This document shows, in pieces, positions 57,112 to 64,000 of a stretch of DNA of 64,000 bases. Both the position numbers and the translations under genes were made by a program. The stretch spans positions 1 through 64,000 of IMG/VR virus record IMGVR_UViG_3300044655_001596, one strand, 5' to 3'. Source of the DNA: a virus. Below the pieces are notes generated by a model that was not told where the DNA came from, searched no databases, and saw nothing but the letters and a program-made list of their open reading frames with translations. Each line of letters begins with the position of its first letter. The first letter of the stretch is position 1.

Positions 57112-57465
57112 ATGGAATTACTAAGTTTTATAATTGATCTTGTGCTGGCAGGTATTGTGACATGGTTTGTTTTTACCTGGTTGGTAAGTCGTTATTTGGA
57201 AAACCAAATCAGGACTGTAGTGAGAGACCTCGATCAGGAACAGTTGATTCCACTCACAGTAGAGGTTGACCAAAATCAATACTTCTGCTACAATAGCATT
57301 ACCAAGGCATTTGTGTGCCAGGGACACAGTTTGAAAGAAATCGTAGACAGATTTAAACAACGTTATCCAGAAAAGTCTGCTGCTATCTATGATGGCGACG
57401 AGACTGCGGTGCGTACACTTAAATCACAATTGAAAGACTTAGATGAAAATCGCGGTAGCATCTGA
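57112..57465 (+). CDS. membrane-anchored hypothetical protein
   Basis: N-terminal TM; FVCQG..L.E. Confidence 0.65.
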   Translation: MELLSFIIDLVLAGIVTWFVFTWLVSRYLENQIRTVVRDLDQEQLIPLTVEVDQNQYFCYNSITKAFVCQGHSLKEIVDRFKQRYPEKSAAIYDGDETAVRTLKSQLKDLDENRGSI

Positions 57466-58309
57466 CATCCATCTTGAATTTGGTGACCTTGACATCACCA
57501 ATGACAGTCAGGCTGACGTGTTGATCTTGAGTGGTGATATCTGTGTGGCCGCTGACTTGGACATGCGTGACCGCAGACAAACAGAACTGGGCTTTGCTCG
57601 TTGGCGCTCGGAGATGTTTCATGAATTCTTCGAACGCTGTGCCGCAAATTTTCCACACGTGATCTACATCATGGGCAACCATGAATACTATCACAGTGAC
57701 TTTGCAACTGCTCTGGGTGAGATGCGCAGGAAACTGTCACACTTGCCTAATCTGTACATTCTTGAACGTGAAATCAAAGTAATCGATGACGTTACCTTTA
57801 TTGGCGGCACCCTGTGGACCGACATGAACAATCGAGATGAACTCACATTGTATCACATGCGAACCATGATGAATGACTTCCGTGTGATCCAAAACAGTGC
57901 AGTACCAGTTCACTTTAGAACATCGGAAGGCGAGTTTAAAACTCGCGTGGCCAAGTTCTCACCCGAAGATGCTGTGACAGAACATGTGAAAATGAAAGAA
58001 TACATTCAAGTGGTAACTGACATGCTGGGCAAAAATCCCAACAAGTATGTGGTGGTTGGACATCATGCACCCAGTCGTCAGAGCACACACGAAATGTATG
58101 CACATGACACTATCATGAACGGTGGCTACAGTTCAGACATGGATGAGTTTATTGAGGACCGTCCACAAATCAAATTGTGGACACATGGGCACACTCATCA
58201 TGTGTTTGATTACATGATTGGTGAAACCCGTGTGGTGTGCAACCCACGTGGGTATTATGGACATGAAGCGAGGGCAGACGAATGGAAACTCCTGACCGTG
58301 GATATTTAA
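57443..58309 (+). CDS. calcineurin-like metallophosphoesterase
   Basis: SDIHLE, SGD, GNHEYY, GHHAPS, HGHTH, NPRGY. Confidence 0.9.
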   Translation: MKIAVASDIHLEFGDLDITNDSQADVLILSGDICVAADLDMRDRRQTELGFARWRSEMFHEFFERCAANFPHVIYIMGNHEYYHSDFATALGEMRRKLSHLPNLYILEREIKVIDDVTFIGGTLWTDMNNRDELTLYHMRTMMNDFRVIQNSAVPVHFRTSEGEFKTRVAKFSPEDAVTEHVKMKEYIQVVTDMLGKNPNKYVVVGHHAPSRQSTHEMYAHDTIMNGGYSSDMDEFIEDRPQIKLWTHGHTHHVFDYMIGETRVVCNPRGYYGHEARADEWKLLTVDI

Positions 58310-58488
58310 ACTGGTTTCGATACAGTGGGATCAGTGTTATCGTTACACTGAACCCACTGCATTGGAGATTGACACCACGTGCAAGGCGAGAGCCCAACGA
58401 TGGTTGGCCCAGTCCCAATGAACGCACCTGGTCAGTGAGTTGGTTGTTCTTGACTATACGTGGTTGGGTCGACAACGGAGATTGGTAA
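58282..58488 (+). CDS. hypothetical protein
   Basis: Tightly packed operon. Confidence 0.6.
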   Translation: METPDRGYLNWFRYSGISVIVTLNPLHWRLTPRARREPNDGWPSPNERTWSVSWLFLTIRGWVDNGDW

Positions 58489-58664
58489 TGACTGAACTCG
58501 AACTAGCCTTGAAAAATCATGACTGGAGTCTAGCAGGTTTTGCTAGCCGAGTTCAGGTTGATCAACTCATGAAACAACATCCTGTTGAAGCTGCCGCACT
58601 GTGGGAAAAACACTGCCCTTGGAGCAACAGCAACGGCGGTTATATTAATTGGAGAAAACAATGA
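58488..58664 (+). CDS. hypothetical protein
   Basis: TAATG coupling. Confidence 0.6.
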   Translation: MTELELALKNHDWSLAGFASRVQVDQLMKQHPVEAAALWEKHCPWSNSNGGYINWRKQ

Positions 58665-59374
58665 AAGTTTATATTGGCAAATATCGGGATCACTGGATCT
58701 CACCTTACACCATGTTGGACTATGCATTCTTCTGGACTGACTGGTCAAAGTGCAGTCGTGACCGACGTATTCGCAGTCTTGAAGAAGAAAGCCGATACAT
58801 TGAGCGTCCAGAATGGTGCGAACGCTGGAGTGATTATCTTGCTCCTGTCAGTCGTGCAATTGCCTGGGTACTGGATCGTGTGCATCCGCCCATCAACCTT
58901 GTGAAGATTGACTACTGGGATACCTGGAGCATGGACCATACCTTGAGTCCCATTATCCTGCCCATGCTCAAACAGCTCAAAGAAAAGAAACACGGCGCAC
59001 CTTTTGTGGATGACGAAGATGTGCCCGAGCACCTGCGTAGCACTGCCGCACCAGCCAAAGAAAACGAGTGGGACACTGATGCCAATCACTTTGCTCGTTG
59101 GGATTGGGCCATGGGCGAAATGATCTTTGCATTTGAGTGCAAAGCGGACGACTCATGGGAAGATGCTTTCCGTTCGGGCGAGCATGACATTGTTTGGATT
59201 CCCGTGGACAAGGATGGCAATGAAGTGCCCAAGGGCGAGCACAAGTACTATCAAATGGGGCATGGTCCCAAGGACACTTACAAGTGTGATTACGAAGGTA
59301 TGAAAGAGGTGCAAAAGCGCATTGACAATGGCTTCCGCTTGTTTGGCAAATACTATCAAGCTCTTTGGGATTGA
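58661..59374 (+). CDS. conserved T4-like hypothetical protein
   Basis: DTWSMDHTL, KHGAP..D.EDVP, GFRLFGKYY..LWD. Confidence 0.75.
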   Translation: MKVYIGKYRDHWISPYTMLDYAFFWTDWSKCSRDRRIRSLEEESRYIERPEWCERWSDYLAPVSRAIAWVLDRVHPPINLVKIDYWDTWSMDHTLSPIILPMLKQLKEKKHGAPFVDDEDVPEHLRSTAAPAKENEWDTDANHFARWDWAMGEMIFAFECKADDSWEDAFRSGEHDIVWIPVDKDGNEVPKGEHKYYQMGHGPKDTYKCDYEGMKEVQKRIDNGFRLFGKYYQALWD

Positions 59375-59376
59375 AC

Positions 59377-59634
59377 ATGGGTGAGTCTGCATTTGTTGCC
59401 ATGGCGGCTGAACTTCTTGCTGAGGCCATTGATAACGAGATACTTAAAAATCGCATTAGTCATGATAACTATGAACAGTGGCGGAAACAATATACCTGGG
59501 ACGCATTGACCAACAAGCGATACGGTGAAAGTTTCTGCAACTACTTCAAGATCAAAGACCATCGTATTTTTCATGAGACAAACTGGTTGGTGTGCGATAC
59601 TGTTATAAGGAGAGAATGGCTTGCAACATCCTGA
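59377..59634 (+). CDS. hypothetical protein
   Basis: RYGESFC..F motif. Confidence 0.6.
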   Translation: MGESAFVAMAAELLAEAIDNEILKNRISHDNYEQWRKQYTWDALTNKRYGESFCNYFKIKDHRIFHETNWLVCDTVIRREWLATS

Positions 59635-59863
59635 TTACCCACACGGCGCACAAATAACCTGGGGTCGCCCTTACGACACAATCACTGCCTGGGACGAGAT
59701 TGCCACCTGGGGCATAGAGTTTTTTGGACTACCTGGCGACCGTTATGTTACCGACATAAACATCAATGAAATGGTTTGGTGGTTCCGTGATCCAAGAGAC
59801 CAAACTCTGTTTGTGTTACGCAATGGCTTGGCTCGATGCATAGAGTTAGAATTGAACACATAG
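59621..59863 (+). CDS. small protein of 'F..D...F.L(K/R)W' paralog family
   Basis: TTG start with AAGGAG; FGLPGDRY, WFRDPRD..LF.LR. Confidence 0.65.
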   Translation: MQHPDYPHGAQITWGRPYDTITAWDEIATWGIEFFGLPGDRYVTDININEMVWWFRDPRDQTLFVLRNGLARCIELELNT

Positions 59864-60057
59864 CTCCAATGGCCGCAATTGAACTAAAAGATCAATTGCT
59901 TGCAGACGGATTAGTTATCAACAGAGATTTTGTTTGGGAATATCGCCAGGCAACTTATGACAATGACGGGTTCACTGCTGTTACTCCCAAACAAGCAACC
60001 TTCTCATTCTTCAAACCAGCCATGGCCACATTCTATCAGCTCAAATGGGCAAGATAA
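59836..60057 (+). CDS. small protein of 'F..D...F.L(K/R)W' paralog family
   Basis: FSFFKPAMATFYQLKW. Confidence 0.65.
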   Translation: MHRVRIEHIAPMAAIELKDQLLADGLVINRDFVWEYRQATYDNDGFTAVTPKQATFSFFKPAMATFYQLKWAR

Positions 60058-60066
60058 GTATTTTCG

Positions 60067-60864
60067 ATGATTACAAAGATATTAACCACAATCTTGTTAT
60101 GTGTGACTTTGTCAGCTCATGCCGACAGCGTGTTGTTGTACAACCTCTCACAAGATCGAACAGTAATGAGTCGCGATGCTGACCAGGTGCGTAGCATTGC
60201 CAGCATAACCAAAATCATGACTGCCATGGTTACTCTAGATTATGACATAGACCTTAGCCGTAAACTGATGTTGAGCAAGCGTGTTCACAGTTACCTTCCC
60301 AGGCAAATGTACACTCGAGAACAACTACTCAAGGCCATGTTGATCAAATCAGACAATGCGGCGGCTGAAACTCTAGCAGAAGATTACCCTGGCGGCAGGT
60401 CTGCATTTGTTGCTAGAATGAATCACCAAGCCCGGTTGTGGGACATGAAACGGACCAGCTTTGTTGACCCTTCGGGGCTGGGAGTATTCAACATCAGCAC
60501 AGCCAGAGACGTGGCTGACCTCATGCAAACCGCCATGGGATACTGGTTGATTCGCGAAGTCAGTGGTCAAAAGCAAGTGGCATTTGAAACCAAGTACGCC
60601 AAGAAAATTAGAACAATAAATTTGGAACACACGTCCGGACCATTGCTGTTTACGTTTGACAATGTATTGGTCAGCAAAACAGGATTGACCAATGCCGCGG
60701 GCTGGTGTGTGGGCATGGTAGTGGAGCAAAACAAACAACAATATGTGGTGGTAGTGTTAGGATCAAAAAACAAAAAACAACGCCTGGACACAGTAAAGGA
60801 TATTCGCTACAATCATGTGGTGGACACTTATTTGCGAGAGCTGGAGATTCCCACTACATACTAA
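60067..60864 (+). CDS. D-Ala-D-Ala carboxy/endopeptidase (peptidase S11, PBP7-like)
   Basis: Signal peptide, SITK (SxxK), SDN, KTG. Confidence 0.9.
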   Translation: MITKILTTILLCVTLSAHADSVLLYNLSQDRTVMSRDADQVRSIASITKIMTAMVTLDYDIDLSRKLMLSKRVHSYLPRQMYTREQLLKAMLIKSDNAAAETLAEDYPGGRSAFVARMNHQARLWDMKRTSFVDPSGLGVFNISTARDVADLMQTAMGYWLIREVSGQKQVAFETKYAKKIRTINLEHTSGPLLFTFDNVLVSKTGLTNAAGWCVGMVVEQNKQQYVVVVLGSKNKKQRLDTVKDIRYNHVVDTYLRELEIPTTY

Positions 60865-60866
60865 CA

Positions 60867-61097
60867 ATGAATCTTGGTGCTTATCAAATCCGCGACAAAG
60901 AGAGCTTTGCTTATGCCAAAGAGATCACCAAACCTTTTGGCGGAGTTGACCGGGTGATTGCTTGGTGCAAGACTGAGATGCAAAATGATTGGCGATGGCA
61001 GTTGGTGCAGGCCTCCAGTGACATCGCCCCAGGTCGATACATTTTCTATTTTGACTCAGACCGTGACTGTTGTGCATTCACGCTGAAATGGCTGTAA
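60867..61097 (+). CDS. small protein of 'F..D...F.L(K/R)W' paralog family
   Basis: WCK....WRW..YIFYFDSDRD..AFTLKW. Confidence 0.65.
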   Translation: MNLGAYQIRDKESFAYAKEITKPFGGVDRVIAWCKTEMQNDWRWQLVQASSDIAPGRYIFYFDSDRDCCAFTLKWL

Positions 61098-61100
61098 AAA

Positions 61101-61147
61101 CTAGTACTTTTGTAGTACTTGACAAATAAATCACAAACCTGTATAAT
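61101..61147 (+). promoter_or_regulatory. AGTACT sites overlapping a sigma70 promoter
   Basis: CTAGTACTTTTGTAGTACTTGACA-N17-TATAAT. Confidence 0.7.
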
Positions 61148-61178
61148 TTAGACATAGCAACTTTTAATAGGTGTCACT

Positions 61179-61415
61179 TTGTCTATCCAAATTGAAAATC
61201 TTACCGCCGAGCAGGTGGAAATGTGCGACATCATGTGGAGCTTTGAATCCGCTGAAGAATACATGACCTGGTACGAACTCTTGGATGAAGCTGACCAACA
61301 GCAGGCTGATGTACTGCAACATATTATCATTCAAGAAAGCATGGAAGAGATGCTGAGTGAGATCAGTGGGCAGTATGCGGATATCCGTGACTACTTGAAA
61401 AAATTCATGCTATGA
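61179..61415 (+). CDS. acidic hypothetical protein
   Basis: TTG start, downstream of promoter. Confidence 0.65.
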   Translation: MSIQIENLTAEQVEMCDIMWSFESAEEYMTWYELLDEADQQQADVLQHIIIQESMEEMLSEISGQYADIRDYLKKFML

Positions 61416-61744
61416 ACCATCAGTTTGTTGTGGTGTGGGATAACACCGGGCTGGAGTACATAGGTGACATCACCTTGGATGAACAGCAACGCACCTGGAG
61501 TGCCCTCAAAGGCGAGCCATTGAAATACACCATTCCCAATCTTGGCCATCTCATGCTTCGTGCCCGTTACAACACTCAACGACACTATGAGATCTACATT
61601 GTGACTGCCACAGATGGCATCACAGCCGAAGACATACGAGACATGTTTGAAGCCAACCCACAGGCGTCAGCAGACACTATCCGCAGAATTGGTCAATGCG
61701 TACACAGTGACCGAGCTCAGGAAGATAGTGTGGTAATACGATAA
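61412..61744 (+). CDS. hypothetical protein
   Basis: WD..GLE, LRARYN.QRHYEIY. Confidence 0.7.
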   Translation: MNHQFVVVWDNTGLEYIGDITLDEQQRTWSALKGEPLKYTIPNLGHLMLRARYNTQRHYEIYIVTATDGITAEDIRDMFEANPQASADTIRRIGQCVHSDRAQEDSVVIR

Positions 61745-61852
61745 CAGGTTGACAGCATGGTGTATTTGCTATATAATACACACAAGTCAGCTCAGTATGG
61801 TACTGATCGGCTTACTAATCTGACGTATTGCACGTCACTGAAAGGAAACAGA

Positions 61853-62905
61853 ATGGCACAAAAACGCCTTACCCGCAAACTCACTGACGTTATTGCAGAA
61901 GTTGAAACGCAACTTCGCGCACACTATAACGTAACGCAAAAAGACCTTGATGCATGGCGAGCCCGTGCCCAGGCTCTATCATATCGATTTCCCACCAGTT
62001 CCATGATTGCAATTGAGGACTTGTGGATTGATTATGAAGTCCAACGTGATGTGCTACACAAGCACATTATTAACATCATGAAAAAGTGGGATCCACGCAT
62101 CTGCTCGCCTGGATCAGCTTGCCGCTTTGGCGGAAAGCCCCCGATCTATCTGTATGATGCACAACACCGTACCATTGCGGCTGGCCTACTGGGTTATACA
62201 GAAATTCCCTGTGCTGTAGTAGAAACAGACGAAGTTAATTTTGCCAGTTATGCCTTTGAAATGCTCAACGACACTGGGGTCAAACGACTCACACCCGGAG
62301 ACTTGCATCGCAATGCCTTGGTGCGTTACAAGAATGGTAGCCGTGACAAGAAGGTAGTAGATGCCCGCACCATGCAGGATCAATTTGATACTGCGGGTAT
62401 TGACCTACAGGACAAAGGTTCACGTGCAAGTGACAACCTGCGTGGCGACAATGATTACTTTATGAGTCACTTTAAGTATGCTCAAAAGGGCATTGAGATT
62501 GATGACAGCGGTAAAGTGCTGTTGGAAATTTTGTCCGCAATCAAAGACACATTTCCCCTGCAAGAAGAAATTGATCAGGGTTGTTACATTGGGCTGTATG
62601 AACTGCATCGTATCTCCAGCACCAATGCCAACAGCCGATTACCTGCGGGTTGGATGAAAACAGTACTAGAAGCAATCAAGCCCACGTTCAAGAGTTCTGC
62701 ATTGATTCACGCCAAAGCCAAAGTGCAATGGGAACATGTGAATCCCGGCGCAACTTGGTCAGCTCCCAGTGCCATGGCAAACTTTTTGCGTGAGTTGTAC
62801 CTCCGCAATGGCGGTGGAATCAATCTACCGTATCACGGTGAAGGTGCCAAGATGGGCGTGGAAGAAGGCAATGTTGCTCCAGGCCTGTTTCCTGAAGGAG
62901 TGTAA
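61853..62905 (+). CDS. ParB/Srx-superfamily (DUF262/DndB/DUF6551-like) protein
   Basis: EVQRD, YDAQHR (DGQxR-like), FEMLN.TG...L...D; AAGGA RBS. Confidence 0.7.
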   Translation: MAQKRLTRKLTDVIAEVETQLRAHYNVTQKDLDAWRARAQALSYRFPTSSMIAIEDLWIDYEVQRDVLHKHIINIMKKWDPRICSPGSACRFGGKPPIYLYDAQHRTIAAGLLGYTEIPCAVVETDEVNFASYAFEMLNDTGVKRLTPGDLHRNALVRYKNGSRDKKVVDARTMQDQFDTAGIDLQDKGSRASDNLRGDNDYFMSHFKYAQKGIEIDDSGKVLLEILSAIKDTFPLQEEIDQGCYIGLYELHRISSTNANSRLPAGWMKTVLEAIKPTFKSSALIHAKAKVQWEHVNPGATWSAPSAMANFLRELYLRNGGGINLPYHGEGAKMGVEEGNVAPGLFPEGV

Positions 62906-62906
62906 C

Positions 62907-63362
62907 ATGAGACCTATTTGTGTTAATCACGGATGCGAGGAAGAAGTTACTTACAGCCACAAGGATACACTGGGAAACCCTCGTTGGCGTATACATTGCG
63001 GTCATTGTCAGGCCGCAAGTTGGGGCAAATGGCCGCATCGTTCAGGAGTCACTCCATACAAAACTGGCAAGTGTACCAATGTAGATGGACACCTGGGATT
63101 TGATTGCATGGTCAAATGGACCAAAATACCAGATTGGGCCAAGGGCATGACCGAAGTGGATCACATTGACGGAGATCATACAAATAATCATCCCAGCAAC
63201 CTGGACGAATTGTGCCCGCTTTGCCACAAACTCAAGGGCCAACAGTCGGGCGACTTTAACAAAACAAAACATCACGGAATCAACCTGCCAGTTGGACACA
63301 AGGGTAAAAAGCGTACCAGTGCCCGCAGTCAATTTTCTGCTTTGTTTGAGGTTGGAACATGA
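62907..63362 (+). CDS. HNH endonuclease with Zn-binding Cys pairs
   Basis: EVDHIDGDHTNNHPSNLDELCPLCH. Confidence 0.88.
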   Translation: MRPICVNHGCEEEVTYSHKDTLGNPRWRIHCGHCQAASWGKWPHRSGVTPYKTGKCTNVDGHLGFDCMVKWTKIPDWAKGMTEVDHIDGDHTNNHPSNLDELCPLCHKLKGQQSGDFNKTKHHGINLPVGHKGKKRTSARSQFSALFEVGT

Positions 63363-63922
63363 ACTTGAAAGAATCTCTAGATCAATTCACAGCACCGGTG
63401 TACAGCAAAACTCGTCGTACCCCTGACACCTATCGAACCGTGGCAGACTATTGTAGACGCAACTTGGTTCGCCTGGTTGGTGAGTATCATGCTGTGGAAA
63501 ACGATCAACAACTGCTGAGAGAAATCCGCAACGACATTGACACATATCTACGCAGATATCACGAGTACTGTATTCAACAACGTGACGGTATGAAAGCACA
63601 CTACCACGAAGTTGGTGCAGACGAGGATTGTGACTTTGAGCACTTGATACCGGCCGCACGAATCCGTGACTTGCTATTGGCCAGTGCTATTTCTGTAGAG
63701 CAGGCTCTCAATGCACCAACTGTACGATTGAGTCGAACCAAGCATGCCGCTCTCAAAGAAGCAGGATGGGCAAGTACTACTCCAGACATGTGGTGCCCGT
63801 TCCGGCGTTATACCCAGGTGTTTGACGCCACCTACGAAACTCACGATGGAACAATAATTGACCCTAGCACCTGGACATTAGAACAACATTTTGACTATTT
63901 CAAACATTTGGTAATCAACTAA
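63359..63922 (+). CDS. hypothetical protein with His-Me finger-like EHLIP motif
   Basis: DFEHLIP..RY pattern; ATGA overlap. Confidence 0.55.
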   Translation: MNLKESLDQFTAPVYSKTRRTPDTYRTVADYCRRNLVRLVGEYHAVENDQQLLREIRNDIDTYLRRYHEYCIQQRDGMKAHYHEVGADEDCDFEHLIPAARIRDLLLASAISVEQALNAPTVRLSRTKHAALKEAGWASTTPDMWCPFRRYTQVFDATYETHDGTIIDPSTWTLEQHFDYFKHLVIN

Positions 63923-63931
63923 GGAAATTCC

Positions 63932-64000
63932 ATGAGCATATTGCAATTCAAAAGCCGACCTTGGACTGTGTTTGATGCCGCCAACAAGGAGCACAGACGT
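63932..64000 (+). CDS. hypothetical protein, 3' truncated by window
   Basis: AAGGA RBS; RP..VFD..NKEHR. Confidence 0.6.
   Translation, partial: MSILQFKSRPWTVFDAANKEHRR

Noticed and set aside
214-63789. Numerous antisense or alternate-frame ORFs in the track (e.g. 14258-14785, 17155-17667, 25990-26538, 33223-33738, 58977-59456)
   Set aside because: They overlap well-supported genes, have no RBS or recognisable motifs, and are expected shadow ORFs.
1-64000. CRISPR array, tRNA or rRNA genes
   Set aside because: No regularly spaced repeat-spacer run and no cloverleaf with T-loop/CCA seen. The recurring motifs are dispersed promoters and operators. A tRNAscan run would still be prudent.
1-64000. 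Alternative genetic code (stop codon reassignment)
   Set aside because: Well-known genes are full length under the standard code, and TAA, TGA and TAG all end ORFs.

Overview
A 64 kb segment of a large T4-like (myovirus-type) dsDNA bacteriophage genome: densely coding, mostly + strand, standard genetic code, with no tRNA, rRNA or CRISPR array seen. Left part (1-23.5 kb): replication core (truncated DnaE-like ORF, primase, DnaB/gp41 helicase, exonuclease, NrdA/NrdB/glutaredoxin), virion and internal head proteins, IscU/IscA, PAAR and a probable baseplate protein. Right part (23.5-64 kb): accessory region of host-like genes (porin, Bax inhibitor-1, ClpX/ClpS/two ClpP, bS21, Hsp20, PstS with a Pho box, UvsE, fatty-acid desaturase, phasin-like protein, PBP7/DacC-like peptidase, radical SAM enzymes, a glycosyltransferase/NDP-sugar dehydrogenase/2OG oxygenase/amidinotransferase cluster), DNA ligase and many small ORFs. 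The porin, phasin and PstS types suggest a freshwater Betaproteobacterial (Burkholderiales-like) host; this is inference. Main leads: a probably virion-packaged nucleotidyltransferase/ligase-like fusion; a repeated [AAGTACTAC operator + stem-loop + sigma70 promoter] cassette; a ~190-nt highly structured RNA; an amidino-sugar modification cluster with back-to-back start codons; a phasin with a PhaR-like box and ROSE-like hairpin; an unannotated ArfA-like micro-ORF; a DUF262-like/HNH trio; and many apparently leaderless genes. All product calls come from motif recognition by eye, not database searches.
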